Below are positions 1-10,196 of a stretch of 64,000 nucleotides of DNA, one piece after another. Source of the stretch: a virus; the IMG/VR virus record IMGVR_UViG_3300032278_000002, positions 1 to 64,000 of that record; one strand, written 5' to 3'. The notes under the pieces were generated by a model, which made no database searches, was not told where the DNA came from, and worked only from the letters and a program-made list of their open reading frames with translations. Both the position numbers and the translations under genes were made by a program. Numbering within the stretch: the first letter of the stretch is position 1; every line of letters begins with the position of its first letter.

Positions 1-423
1 GGCCCACAGCGACTCGTTGCCGAAAGCCGCGCGTGCCTGATCGGGATTCCACTCCCACTCGTGTGCGGCATCCTGCATTTCGGGAAACATGTCCTCGAAC
101 ATACCGCTACTATACTTGGAGCCGACGTCCGGCATCCTCATAGAGAGATCAGCCAACACCTGCGACGTGCGAAGCCTATTACCTTCTTCCGCCCTCGCCC
201 TCGCCCCGGCCACTTGCCCGGCGGACCAACTGTCGCCGCGCACCTTAGCTAGGGCCAAGTCACTCTTAGCCTTTTGAGCGCCGGCTCTATCAGAAAGCAT
301 TTGCTTAAGACCCGCCTGCACGCCCGCGGCCGCGTACGGGTCCACTAAATTAGGAGTCCCGTACGGGTCGGGATTGCTCCGTGCCAGATCGGAGTCAGTT
401 AAGCCATAGAATGGTTGTGCCAT
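1..423 (-). CDS. Partial ORF running off the left edge, probable virion/ejection protein
   Basis: Not in ORF track. ATG at 423 overlaps the upstream stop (TAATG); 141 open codons MAQPFYGLTDSDLARSNPDPYG... Confidence 0.8.
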   Translation of the reverse strand, partial: MAQPFYGLTDSDLARSNPDPYGTPNLVDPYAAAGVQAGLKQMLSDRAGAQKAKSDLALAKVRGDSWSAGQVAGARARAEEGNRLRTSQVLADLSMRMPDVGSKYSSGMFEDMFPEMQDAAHEWEWNPDQARAAFGNESLWA

Positions 424-1634
424 TACCAACCGGTTTGATTATTATATTGGTTGCCGAAAGATTGATTATAAAAAGGATCGTTGCGGATGCCTTGATTCCA
501 AAAGGGCTTAGGGCCACCCGGGAGCATGCTATACATATTGCTCCCGAACGATCCGTAACCTTGTCCTGAAGTACCCGCCAACTGGCCCAAGAAGCCGCCT
601 CCGCCTCCGCCCATCATGCTACCAAACATGCCTCCTCCGCCGCCACCGCCGCCAAGCATGCCGCCTAGAGCTGCCTGACCGGCCCCGCCGCCAAACATGC
701 CGGCAACTCCGCTTCCTATGCCAGCCGTCAAACCGGCGGACAACCCGCCCGTGGCGCCAGCGAGGAGGGCGCCGCCAACGGCTGGGAGCACCTTGCCGAG
801 GAAAGTTTTCTTCTTGGGAATCACCCGTTTCATGAAAGGACTGGCTTTTCCGATGGCGGTGGGGTCGGCTGCCTTGGGCGTCGACCTCATGATTTGGTCC
901 GTGACAGCGGTCGGGAAAGTGTCGAGCGCGCCGAGCTGACCCATGGCGCCTTGAGCGCCTGCGGCCCTTTGCTGCATCATGGCGGGCAACACCGAATTGG
1001 CGAACTGGTTTTGAGCGGCGGCATCCTGAGCATTGAACTGAAGGTTGCCTAAATCGGCGGCGTTCTGGGCCACCTGTCTCGCCTGCGCCACCGAGCCGGC
1101 ATTTATCATGTTCTGGTTGAGGAGTCTTTGCTGCGCGCCGGCGGTATTCATGTTGGGGTCGACCGCCATGCCGTGCGCGGCTTGCGCGCGCATTCGGGAA
1201 AGATAATCTCCCTGAGCTTGAATCCCTGCCTCGTTGGCGGCAATCCCCGCCTGCCCCGTGGCTTGGGTTAAGTTGCGTCCAGCTTGTTGCTGACTCTGAA
1301 AATCGGATTTAGCGTCGGCCAGCCCCGCTTCACCCCCCAATCCCTTAAAGTAGCTCGCCATGTGCTGGTACATGGGCCGAAAACTATCTGCGGTGCTGAC
1401 AGCGGTATCCCAAGCACCGGGGAAAAGACCAAGTGTTTTTCTGGCGATGTTCTGGGTTTCGCCAGCGAACATGCCCCCGACTCCCCCGAAAGCGGGGCCC
1501 TTGTTTTTTACGCCTTCCTTGCTCTTGTAACCAGCGAGAATCGACTTCCAATCAAGGTCGACGAGACCATGACTCGCCTGGTTTTCGTCCTGAACCGCGT
1601 GTGCGGCGTTGTCTCTCTTTGATAAAAGTCCCAT
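423..1634 (-). CDS. Gly/Ala/Gln-rich protein, probable internal virion (ejection/pilot) protein
   Basis: A/Q-rich helical middle and glycine-zipper-like GGALLAGATGGLSAGL tail; located after tail genes. Function inferred. Confidence 0.6.
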   Translation of the reverse strand: MGLLSKRDNAAHAVQDENQASHGLVDLDWKSILAGYKSKEGVKNKGPAFGGVGGMFAGETQNIARKTLGLFPGAWDTAVSTADSFRPMYQHMASYFKGLGGEAGLADAKSDFQSQQQAGRNLTQATGQAGIAANEAGIQAQGDYLSRMRAQAAHGMAVDPNMNTAGAQQRLLNQNMINAGSVAQARQVAQNAADLGNLQFNAQDAAAQNQFANSVLPAMMQQRAAGAQGAMGQLGALDTFPTAVTDQIMRSTPKAADPTAIGKASPFMKRVIPKKKTFLGKVLPAVGGALLAGATGGLSAGLTAGIGSGVAGMFGGGAGQAALGGMLGGGGGGGGMFGSMMGGGGGGFLGQLAGTSGQGYGSFGSNMYSMLPGGPKPFWNQGIRNDPFYNQSFGNQYNNQTGW

Positions 1635-1638
1635 AATA

Positions 1639-2334
1639 TTATCCCATTAAGGCCCGAGTGGGGCTCCAGTGTGGAGGTCTCCAACCACCGGGTATTCCCC
1701 TCTTCTGAGGCACAACTTTATCTTTGTTTTGCAAAGGCATCAACTCCTTTTGTTGCGGAGCGGGCATTGGGGGCATTGGTAGTGGCCCGCCCGGGGGCAT
1801 TGGAGGCATTGGTAGTGGCCCGCCCCGGGGCATTGGGGGCATTGGTAGTGGTTGACCCCAGCCGGCGGGAGCCGGCGGTTCGGGGGGAGGAGGAGCTCCC
1901 CAGCCGGGGGGAGCCGGTGGTTCGGGGGGAGGAGGAGCTCCCCAGCCGGCGGGAGCCGGTGGTTCCCGGTTGGCGGGATGCAATTCCGGATGCAACCGCC
2001 ACCAATCTTCGATGTGCATGCGGGGCAAGTTATCCGGATTCTCTATTGGCCCAACGTCTTCGGGATTATCTTGAAAAATGCCGTCCGGCGCCGGCGGGAT
2101 AAGGGGTATGGGGCCATCATGGCCCCCACCTTCGAGATCACGCTGTTGCAGCTCTTCAAAAATTTGTCGTAAGTTCCGTTCATCTCCGCCGTCACCTCGC
2201 CGAAGGAACGGATAAAGAATCCTATCTCTTTCCAGCGGAGGGAGCTCCCACGGATTGCTCAGTCGGCTTCCCATGGGTGGCCATGTGTTTGCCCAGCCGA
2301 AGCGGTCAACCGCCTTTGTGCCCGGAGATATCAT
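1639..2334 (-). CDS. Proline-rich repeat protein, unknown function
   Basis: ATGA overlap with upstream gene; PPAPxGWGAPPPPE and PLPMPPMPxGG repeats. Confidence 0.7.
   Translation of the reverse strand: MISPGTKAVDRFGWANTWPPMGSRLSNPWELPPLERDRILYPFLRRGDGGDERNLRQIFEELQQRDLEGGGHDGPIPLIPPAPDGIFQDNPEDVGPIENPDNLPRMHIEDWWRLHPELHPANREPPAPAGWGAPPPPEPPAPPGWGAPPPPEPPAPAGWGQPLPMPPMPRGGPLPMPPMPPGGPLPMPPMPAPQQKELMPLQNKDKVVPQKRGIPGGWRPPHWSPTRALMG
1762..1851. repeat. 33-bp tandem repeat, about 2.7 copies
   Basis: Unit gggcattgggggcattggtagtggcccgcccgg at 1762, 1795, 1828 (partial). Confidence 0.9.
1856..1965. repeat. 42-bp tandem repeat, about 2.6 copies
   Basis: Unit ccccagccggcgggagccggcggttcggggggaggaggagct at 1856, 1898, 1940 (partial). 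Confidence 0.9.
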
Positions 2335-3215
2335 GTCTTTATCAAATAGTTGATGGCTATTGAAGGGGGTGCGTTGTCGTGGGCCTCATCTCCGCCGGGA
2401 CCTTTGGCCTTCCCGGTAAAGCTGCCGCCAAATTCATTATCGTGCTGAGAACCCGGAGTTAAGGCCCTGCCGTTTTCATCCGCCCCTCCTACCAACGTGT
2501 CGCTCCCAATGTCGTACCGCTGCAGCGTGTCGGTTTGCCACTTGTTGACGCCCCGGTTGAAACCGTTCCCCTTATCCTTCGTATTGTCCGCGCTCTGGTG
2601 GGTCCTGCCCGACAAAAAGTCATGCTCGTGGGAGGGCATTTGATCTCTCGTCAAAGTCACTTCGGAAGCCCCTACCACTTCCGACCCCATGGGGGCTTCC
2701 ACCCGGGTTGTGTCGGAAACCACGACTCCCGCTGTTCCGCCCACCAAATAACGGCCCTGAAGATCGGGTAACCTGAACGAAACTCCCGAAGAGCCGTAAG
2801 TCTGACCGATGGCTTGAAACAAAGCTGGGTAATCGCCCTGAGGAAGAAGACGGCCGTCACAAAGCAAAAATCCGGTGTTGGCTTCGTTCCACACGGTGCC
2901 GGCGAAAGGAAAGATGGCTCCAGCGGGCACCAATGCATTGGACGCCCCGGCGCTGATAGCGGATTGGGGGATGGAATCGTCCATGAAATGGCGGGCTTCC
3001 AACGAGCTGTCTTGTATGGAGTCCCCATCCACGTACTGCCCCTGACGAGCAGTGAAGTTTGCGGCGGCCTGCTTGGCAATCAGCCAGAGGTTCTGGTCCA
3101 TTTGAATATGGGACAGCGGGCCGGCCTGACCGGAGGCGGTTCTGAATTTCACGACGTTACCGCTGCCGGGGGCGGCGGCTAATGTCGACGAGTTAATGAT
3201 AGGAGCTTCAGCCAT
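2331..3215 (-). CDS. Phage tail collar domain protein
   Basis: VPAGAIFPFAG...GFLLCDG...YPALFQAIGQTYG...FRLPDLQGR, VTLTRDQMPSHEH and C-terminal AHDNAPPSIAINYLIKT match tail-collar proteins. Confidence 0.88.
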   Translation of the reverse strand: MAEAPIINSSTLAAAPGSGNVVKFRTASGQAGPLSHIQMDQNLWLIAKQAAANFTARQGQYVDGDSIQDSSLEARHFMDDSIPQSAISAGASNALVPAGAIFPFAGTVWNEANTGFLLCDGRLLPQGDYPALFQAIGQTYGSSGVSFRLPDLQGRYLVGGTAGVVVSDTTRVEAPMGSEVVGASEVTLTRDQMPSHEHDFLSGRTHQSADNTKDKGNGFNRGVNKWQTDTLQRYDIGSDTLVGGADENGRALTPGSQHDNEFGGSFTGKAKGPGGDEAHDNAPPSIAINYLIKT

Positions 3216-3429
3216 TAGTAGGTTCCTCAGTTAAATGTTCGTTTAGAAGCCGGTCTTGTTCAAGGATAAAGGTCCTCAACTTCCCATGGAAAGCCCGGAG
3301 TTCGTCATTATAGTCCACTAGTTCCGGGAAACGCTTTAACAAAGACTCGGGGATCAGCGGCACTTCATCCTCCGTGGGCAGGGGGGATGATGGAATTCTG
3401 GTCCGTATTTCCTTCACCCGCACGCTCAT
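3208..3429 (-). CDS. Hypothetical protein
   Basis: Fills the operon gap with overlaps on both sides. Confidence 0.7.
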   Translation of the reverse strand: MSVRVKEIRTRIPSSPLPTEDEVPLIPESLLKRFPELVDYNDELRAFHGKLRTFILEQDRLLNEHLTEEPTNG

Positions 3430-6152
3430 GAATCCACGGAGAGTATCCTCCCTTGACTGTTAACCAACATCGCTTCGACGGACCGAGCGAAAACTCTACC
3501 GGAATCGACCCCGGACATCTCTACTCTGTCTTTTAAAAACGTGGACCTGAACCACACGGGGATGGAAACCTCGTCTCGGTCCGAAAGCGTCTCATCCACC
3601 TCCAACCTATGGACACCCCCCACGGAATCCCGGGAATACAACATAATCCTGAGCTGGAAATTCTCATCCACCAGCATCCTCAACCGGGGCGCCTGCGGCT
3701 GCTCGAAACCCTCTTCGTTCAAAGCAATTCGTGAGTCGGTGAAGGAAGGTTCCACCGGAACTTCCAAGAACCTAGGGAGATAAAAAGGCAGCTCCAGCCC
3801 CGGGTTTCCCTCGGAGGTCTGGAGAGTCATGTAATAGTTGGTGGGATCTGATTGAAAGCTCATGAGGTACATCCGGTAGTCCTTCTCGTTCATCCTGTCC
3901 CCGAAATCTATCCAACCACTCTCTATGACCGAATCATAAGTCTTGTCCACTACCGTCGAGTTCTCCACGGCCTGTCGCACGTACTTCCGGCGGCCCGACG
4001 GGTCGTAAGGGACCTCGTGATTCAGGTAATCGGATAGCTCCAAATCACTAGGCTCGTCGTACGAATACTTGAAGAGAGCGCAGCTTTTGTTGTCTTGATA
4101 GGCGCTATTGCGCAATTGAACCAGCTCTATGGGGGTTCTGATTCCCATGAGGAACGCGTTCAATCCCGTAACGGGGTCTTTAATGGAATGGGCGCAAGTA
4201 AACACCTCGTCAATCTCGGAAACCGTGTTGAACTTGTAGTCGAAAGCCAACGTCTTGTGGGAACCGCAAATGAATATCTCCGAAGTAAGGACATTGTCCG
4301 TTAAATAAAAAGTGTCCCCGTAACCGAACTCCTTGGCCACGTCCAACTGAGCCGGGACATCGGGTTCAGCGAAAGATACCGTTATGGAATAGAGATCCTC
4401 TTTGCCAGCGTACAGCAAGTGGCGGTCATTGACGGCGGCCAAAGTGAACCTATCCACGGGGACCCTAGACCCGTTGTACCGATGCTCGAAGGAAAAAGGA
4501 GCGTCCAAGGTCGGATCCTCGGGAGAAAACGGAGACAATATCCCGTACCCCGACTCGCGAAAAACAACCATCCGATTCTTCAACTTCTCCAAAGCAATCA
4601 AAGCGGTTCCGTCCCCAGTCAAATCAAAGAAATTGGAGACGTTCGATATGGAATCATCCACGGAAAACCCATAAATCTCAGTTATGTTCCCTTGCTCGTC
4701 CTTACCATAGATTTGTTGAAGGTTGTTTTGGGTGATGTGATCAACCCGTTCCATCCAGCCCCGAATCTCCTTGTCCGAGAAATCCAAGGAATTCTCGTTA
4801 TCTTCGTCATACTCGGAAACCCCGGTATGGCCCGAGCGGCGAGAGCGGCGGCCGGCGCCCATGTCCAGATACTCCTGAAGCTCACTTTCCCGGTTAGTGT
4901 CATCGGAAGACAGCGTAACCTTGAAATTCAAGGGGGCGTCGAACTTGTACTTAACATATCCGTTTTCTTCCTGAACGTCCACTATCTCGCGGTAATTGCG
5001 GATCCATACGGTAGTCCCGTCCTTGGCGTACGTGCCGAGGACGGAAACCTTGACGCCTTTGTAAAAAGTGGGAGGAGCCTGCCGATTCAAGGGGATTAGC
5101 GGATCCCGTATGTGGTATGGGAGACGAGTAGTGAACCACTCGTCGCCATGGGACATCCACCCCGTGCCTCCGTCCCCGTCTCCGGACTCAGCCTGAGATC
5201 CCCACCTCCCGGGGGAACTGGGGTTCGAATAATACACCCGGTAGGCTACGTTTTTCACGGTGACGGCTCCCGAGGCGTAATACGAGGAATCATAAACACT
5301 TCCATAATAAGGATATCCAGTATCCGCGCACCACTTGCCCCAAAGATACTGTTGATGGATATCCGTAAACTCAGTCACGTTGGCCAACACCAGATACCCG
5401 CTATAAGACGTTACTATCTCCGCGGAAACTATACCAGTTTCCCTCAACTCGTAGATGGGGTGTGCGTTAGTCCAGTCGCTGTGGAACAAAAAAGGAAGGT
5501 CCCGAGCATTGTTGAAGGTTACATATCTATCCAGCCATGCGGTCTGAAACCGGTCCCCTTTCGAAGAAGGCGTAAGTTCCGAGGGCGTTATGTCGGTCCA
5601 AGCGTCCATGGAAGACCGATGCTCCTCCTCGGTTCCCACTACGTCTGTGACATAATCATCCAAAGGGCTATTCGGATGCACGTCCACGTATCCCCCGTCG
5701 TCGAACCGGTCAAAATACAAGTTCGCCTTTTTGCCAGCCTCGCTCGTCGGGTCCTTGTTCAATACGTAAAGCTTGGTGTTGGTAGCCGCAACGGTCACCC
5801 GAGTGCCGCTCTCATACTGATCGAGGGCCACTATCGACTCGTCGGTGATAAGGCTCTGCCCCTTCAAGTTAGCCTTCTCCACGTCCGACCCCAAGTTCGT
5901 GGGAAGGTCAAACGGTAAATACAGACTGTCGGGAAACGCCGCGTCATCGGAGGCGAGCCAAGGGGCCCCAGCATAGGGTTTGAAAAACTCCCACCCTTCC
6001 CGGCGCGTCTCGAAATCGTGCTCCCGCCTAAAATTGAGTTTTACCTCGTAGTTGGCGGGATTATTAGCCAACTCTTCCGACATCGCAGGAGCCAGCGTGC
6101 CCCCCGAAGTGGGTTTGATAGTTAACTGCTTATATCCTCGTTTCTTAGCCAC
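3426..6152 (-). CDS. Probable tail nozzle/tubular protein
   Basis: 908 aa, acidic, beta-rich, in the tail cluster; analogy to T7 gp12 / P22 gp10 is inference. Confidence 0.55.
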   Translation of the reverse strand: MAKKRGYKQLTIKPTSGGTLAPAMSEELANNPANYEVKLNFRREHDFETRREGWEFFKPYAGAPWLASDDAAFPDSLYLPFDLPTNLGSDVEKANLKGQSLITDESIVALDQYESGTRVTVAATNTKLYVLNKDPTSEAGKKANLYFDRFDDGGYVDVHPNSPLDDYVTDVVGTEEEHRSSMDAWTDITPSELTPSSKGDRFQTAWLDRYVTFNNARDLPFLFHSDWTNAHPIYELRETGIVSAEIVTSYSGYLVLANVTEFTDIHQQYLWGKWCADTGYPYYGSVYDSSYYASGAVTVKNVAYRVYYSNPSSPGRWGSQAESGDGDGGTGWMSHGDEWFTTRLPYHIRDPLIPLNRQAPPTFYKGVKVSVLGTYAKDGTTVWIRNYREIVDVQEENGYVKYKFDAPLNFKVTLSSDDTNRESELQEYLDMGAGRRSRRSGHTGVSEYDEDNENSLDFSDKEIRGWMERVDHITQNNLQQIYGKDEQGNITEIYGFSVDDSISNVSNFFDLTGDGTALIALEKLKNRMVVFRESGYGILSPFSPEDPTLDAPFSFEHRYNGSRVPVDRFTLAAVNDRHLLYAGKEDLYSITVSFAEPDVPAQLDVAKEFGYGDTFYLTDNVLTSEIFICGSHKTLAFDYKFNTVSEIDEVFTCAHSIKDPVTGLNAFLMGIRTPIELVQLRNSAYQDNKSCALFKYSYDEPSDLELSDYLNHEVPYDPSGRRKYVRQAVENSTVVDKTYDSVIESGWIDFGDRMNEKDYRMYLMSFQSDPTNYYMTLQTSEGNPGLELPFYLPRFLEVPVEPSFTDSRIALNEEGFEQPQAPRLRMLVDENFQLRIMLYSRDSVGGVHRLEVDETLSDRDEVSIPVWFRSTFLKDRVEMSGVDSGRVFARSVEAMLVNSQGRILSVDS

Positions 6153-6156
6153 ATCA

Positions 6157-7209
6157 TCAGAGGGAAACCTTCAGGACTCCGGATAGTACGTATAATTGCC
6201 CGGGGTCCCCGGGGTCGGACGTCGGAAGATTACCATGCCCGGGGATGACCACTTGCTGGATGGCGGTCCCGCCAAGAACAATTTGATTGGAAGTCGTGGC
6301 GACCGCGTTGGCTCCCAGCGCGACGCTATTGGTGTTAGACCCGGCGGTGGCCGAACGGCCTATCACGACCGAGTCCGTCGGGCTGCCTGTTTCCCCCGCG
6401 GCATGTCCTATAAACACGTTCCCATCTTGCCCGCAGGCTTCTCCGGCGCGATACCCCACGGCGACATTATGGCTTCCGCCTCCGCCGCTCTTAATGGCTT
6501 GCGCGCCCACGGCTACGTTTTGATCCCCGTCTTGAAGATTCTCCAAAGCATCGGCCCCAACGGCGACGTTACGGGCCGCAGTTCCCAGACTGGAATGGCT
6601 GAGGGAAGAACATCCCACGGCGACGTTATCGGCACCGGACCCGGTCCCCGCCATCGCGGATCGGCCAACGGCAACATTATTGGTACCCGTGTTCGCTTGA
6701 GCGGCTCGGGAACCAAGGGCCGTGTTGTAATTGGCGGCGTTTTGCTTGAGGGCCTCCCAGCCAACGGCCACGTTCTCAAGCTGTACGGCCGCGGTTCTCA
6801 AAGCAGAGCTTCCAACGGCGACATTCCTATCTCCGGTGGAAATCGTCTTGCCGGCCTCGTGTCCGACGCCGACGTTGTCAGTAGACCCTGAAAGAGTGCC
6901 CTGCCCTGCGTTGACGCCTATGAAAGTGTCATTGGTCCCGGAAACCCCAGACCCATCCCCGAGTGCGAGGCGTCCCGTAGCGGAATTTTGGTCCAAGGTA
7001 GCGAAAGTCTTGGCGTCCAGCCTCACTACATTGTCCGCGGGATCCGTGCCCTCGATGCCTAAAATCTGCAACTCGTTGGTATAAGTCCCCGTGGTCAGGT
7101 TCCCCACCAGCTCCACGGTCGGTGACGCGTCGGCAACGTGTTCGTTGAGATTGTCGTTGGTTACCTGCCCCGTGGCGGCGTAAGAATGTCCGGGTGTGAA
7201 ATTACTCAT
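6157..7209 (-). CDS. Tail fibre/spike protein with YadA-head-like repeats
   Basis: Many ~14-aa NVAVG/NTALG repeats. Confidence 0.75.
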   Translation of the reverse strand: MSNFTPGHSYAATGQVTNDNLNEHVADASPTVELVGNLTTGTYTNELQILGIEGTDPADNVVRLDAKTFATLDQNSATGRLALGDGSGVSGTNDTFIGVNAGQGTLSGSTDNVGVGHEAGKTISTGDRNVAVGSSALRTAAVQLENVAVGWEALKQNAANYNTALGSRAAQANTGTNNVAVGRSAMAGTGSGADNVAVGCSSLSHSSLGTAARNVAVGADALENLQDGDQNVAVGAQAIKSGGGGSHNVAVGYRAGEACGQDGNVFIGHAAGETGSPTDSVVIGRSATAGSNTNSVALGANAVATTSNQIVLGGTAIQQVVIPGHGNLPTSDPGDPGQLYVLSGVLKVSL

Positions 7210-8144
7210 GACGGCAACGTGGGTGCGGCGGTTTCGACGGCAGCTTCAACCACCGTGGTAGGTACAGGGGACGGAACGGGATTAGTACCGTCCGCCCCCT
7301 GCGAGGAGGTTTGCGAGAAAATAGTGCTGGTACTGTCGTTTATGTAATACCACTTGCCGTCGCGAACGGACCAAACCCAAGGAGTGATTCCACCCCCGGC
7401 AGATTCCGTGGAGGCGATTACTTTCCAAAAACACCAACCGAACGCGGTGCCATCCACATAAGGGATATATATCCAAATGCCGGGGATGGACGTGTCCACA
7501 ACCGCGGCTCGGGAATGGCCCGGGTCAAACCAGAACCAATCCATTGCCTTGTGATACATCCACACACCCTTCTGGGCGGCATCCTTTCCGCCAGTGGCGT
7601 AAAAAAGCTTTGCGTCGTCATCTCCCGTGAAATCCTTCGCTGTCCCGCCCACGGTGCCCGGGAGCCCATCGACGTCGATCCACACATTCAACCCGTCGTT
7701 GAGGAAACTGTTTACGTTAAACTGCCCGAAATCAAACATGGTGTCATCCGCGCCGGGGTTCGAGCCGGTGGATAGTATAGCGAGTCTGCTGGCATAATAT
7801 ACACGATTAATGTATTTTAAAAACCGCCCGGCTCCGCCTCTATGGTCAGTGAGGATGCCGTTCGTGTAAGTAAGCCGAGTGGAAACGGAATAATAAGGCA
7901 GGTAATCTTGGTAGGTCAGGTGACTGCCGGTGGGATTCGAGTCCCGAATAGTGGTGAACGGAACGTCCACGATCACGGTGGAGGACGCGGTGTCCCCCGT
8001 AGTGGCACCGCTCTGAGCGTCAAGCACTCCCGAAGTGAATCCCGCGCCCGTCGGCGGCTCGGCTAAATCCAAGGTATGTCCGGCGGGCACTGATACCGTG
8101 CTGCCCGAGGAACTTTGTATGGTATCTACTTTAAGTGTACTCAT
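7206..8144 (-). CDS. Putative tail fibre-associated protein
   Basis: MSTLKVDTIQ N-terminus, Trp-rich C-terminal domain, between two fibre genes. Confidence 0.55.
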   Translation of the reverse strand: MSTLKVDTIQSSSGSTVSVPAGHTLDLAEPPTGAGFTSGVLDAQSGATTGDTASSTVIVDVPFTTIRDSNPTGSHLTYQDYLPYYSVSTRLTYTNGILTDHRGGAGRFLKYINRVYYASRLAILSTGSNPGADDTMFDFGQFNVNSFLNDGLNVWIDVDGLPGTVGGTAKDFTGDDDAKLFYATGGKDAAQKGVWMYHKAMDWFWFDPGHSRAAVVDTSIPGIWIYIPYVDGTAFGWCFWKVIASTESAGGGITPWVWSVRDGKWYYINDSTSTIFSQTSSQGADGTNPVPSPVPTTVVEAAVETAAPTLPS

Positions 8145-8177
8145 TTCTTCAACAAATTAAGGATTATAATCATAACA

Positions 8178-10196
8178 TCAAGCTTCCAATGAGTCCACTC
8201 TTGCCGAGAGCTCTTGCACTGCCTTTATGAGCGGAGAAATAAATTCAGTGTAACGTAAGCCTAAATGCCCTTTCACTCCGGGGTCAATGTACCCCGCGAA
8301 ATCAGTATCCCCCAAGACTTCCTTTACTTCCTGAGCGATCAATCCGTAATGAAACCTAGAGTATGTCCGGGCTACCTGCGACGTTCGCGTATGCGTAGAT
8401 TCGCCTAAGTCGGGGTCTGAGATCGTAATAACCTCCGTTTTTTCGGGTATGTCCTTGAGCTTGAACTTGCAAGCCCTCAAGGAGTTTATGAAATTTAATC
8501 CCAAGTCGGAATCCGCAATCTCTCGTTTTACGTCCCGGTCGGACGATTGGATGGTGGTATTGGTCGCCCAGAGATCGTCGAACTTATTATACGTGGAGCC
8601 AAGATCGCAGGCGTTATTGCTCATTGGCCGTATATTGACCACGTCGTCGTTACCTAGCACCACTTGGTTGTCGAACAATTCAACGCTTATTCCAGCATAA
8701 GCCCCGAGGCACGTGGAATTCGAGTGAGTTTGCTCGGAGGAATACGCCATGGTACTTTTTCCGATAGCCGTGTTGTCTCCGCCCGTAGTGTTGTATCCGG
8801 CGTAATCGCCGATGAAAGTACTATGATCAGTGGTTAGGTCGCCATCAGGGGAATTGCCGGCGTTCGCACCGACCGCCACGTTCTGCTGCCCCGTGGTGCA
8901 ATTCGACAGCGCGTTGTAACCGACCGCCACGTTTCCTTCGCTACCGACGGATGTACCTTGTGTGAAATTCACCAAGGCGTTGCCGCCGACGGCCGTGCAC
9001 GCCCCTCCATCAGTGCATTCCATCAGCGCGGAGCCGCCAATGGCGGTATTTATTGAGCCTACCGTGCTACTATACCCCGCTTTGTACCCCATATACGTGT
9101 TCCACGAACCTGAGGTCACGGCAACGCCGCAAGTCAGTCCTACGGCTACGTTGGCCACGCCCTCGTCCGACCCGTTGCTATCAAGAACCCGAAGGTTGTC
9201 CTCCCCTATGGCAACATTGCCATTTGGTTCGCCCGTACACTCACCCATGGCGGAAACGCCAATGGCAATGTTATTATATGCGGTTGTGGGCGGATCTGCG
9301 ATTTGTCCCTTCAGCGCGTTCCACCCGAGCATAATGTTATCCCACCCGGTTTCGACGCCTAGTCCCGTGAGTTGCCCGAGGGCGACATTCCGATAACCTG
9401 ACGTCAAATTTATCAGCGCCCCGCTTCCGAGTGCAATGTTGAACGAACCGTCCGCTAACCCGATGACGCTCAAGACACCGTCTTCGTCAACGGTCATGTC
9501 CGGGCCGGGCTTGACTCCGCCAACGACGCTGTCAGTGGCAGCAGGTAAAGTGTAATTATTGGCTCCGTCTTCGACGTTCAACAGCGTCCTGACTTGGGAG
9601 GTGGTGAGCATCTGGGTTTCCGCCGGGCTCGCCGTATTATTTCCCAACAACGAGTGGGACTCAAGGTTTTGCACCTTCGCCCACGTTACCGCCAAGTCAG
9701 CGAGCGCGGCAGTGGTAACTGCCCCGGCAGTAATGTCGGAAGGAGTCAGGGAGCCGGAATAAACATCGAACCTGAGGGGCCCCGTCCAATTAGCGAGCGC
9801 AAAAACTTGAGGAACCAAGTTGGCCTTGGATACCCAAAGGGCCCATCCTGTGAAGGTCTTCGTGACATCCCACCCCGTGGGCGTCCCAGCCGTCCAGCCC
9901 GAAGGCACCGTGTGCGGAGTGGTGGATCCGTCATTGTCCAGCGACGTTATCTGATAAGTGCTGGGGTTGTAATAATAAGTGGTCGTGGCTGCTCCGGTTC
10001 CGGCGACGAACCCCACCGTGGTGGCGTCCGCTATGGTTTCCCACGGCCACTCGGCGTAAATGACGACATCGCCCGTGGAATAAGAGGCTAGGGGGTCAAA
10101 AAGGGAAAGCGTGGATCCCTCTACATGAATAGAGTCTATTTGGTCAGCGCTGCTGGCCTGATGAATCTCTCCGTTCTTTAGGAATAAGGGCTTCAT
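8178..10196 (-). CDS. Tail fibre with C-terminal intramolecular chaperone (Peptidase S74)
   Basis: NVAVG-type repeats, then SSDRDVKREI...GLIAQEV...LRYTEFISPLIKAVQEL. Confidence 0.88.
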   Translation of the reverse strand: MKPLFLKNGEIHQASSADQIDSIHVEGSTLSLFDPLASYSTGDVVIYAEWPWETIADATTVGFVAGTGAATTTYYYNPSTYQITSLDNDGSTTPHTVPSGWTAGTPTGWDVTKTFTGWALWVSKANLVPQVFALANWTGPLRFDVYSGSLTPSDITAGAVTTAALADLAVTWAKVQNLESHSLLGNNTASPAETQMLTTSQVRTLLNVEDGANNYTLPAATDSVVGGVKPGPDMTVDEDGVLSVIGLADGSFNIALGSGALINLTSGYRNVALGQLTGLGVETGWDNIMLGWNALKGQIADPPTTAYNNIAIGVSAMGECTGEPNGNVAIGEDNLRVLDSNGSDEGVANVAVGLTCGVAVTSGSWNTYMGYKAGYSSTVGSINTAIGGSALMECTDGGACTAVGGNALVNFTQGTSVGSEGNVAVGYNALSNCTTGQQNVAVGANAGNSPDGDLTTDHSTFIGDYAGYNTTGGDNTAIGKSTMAYSSEQTHSNSTCLGAYAGISVELFDNQVVLGNDDVVNIRPMSNNACDLGSTYNKFDDLWATNTTIQSSDRDVKREIADSDLGLNFINSLRACKFKLKDIPEKTEVITISDPDLGESTHTRTSQVARTYSRFHYGLIAQEVKEVLGDTDFAGYIDPGVKGHLGLRYTEFISPLIKAVQELSARVDSLEA

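Noticed and set aside
6157-10196. Diversity-generating retroelement acting on tail fibres
   Set aside because: No reverse transcriptase and no TR/VR pair noticed; repeats are ordinary protein-level fibre repeats
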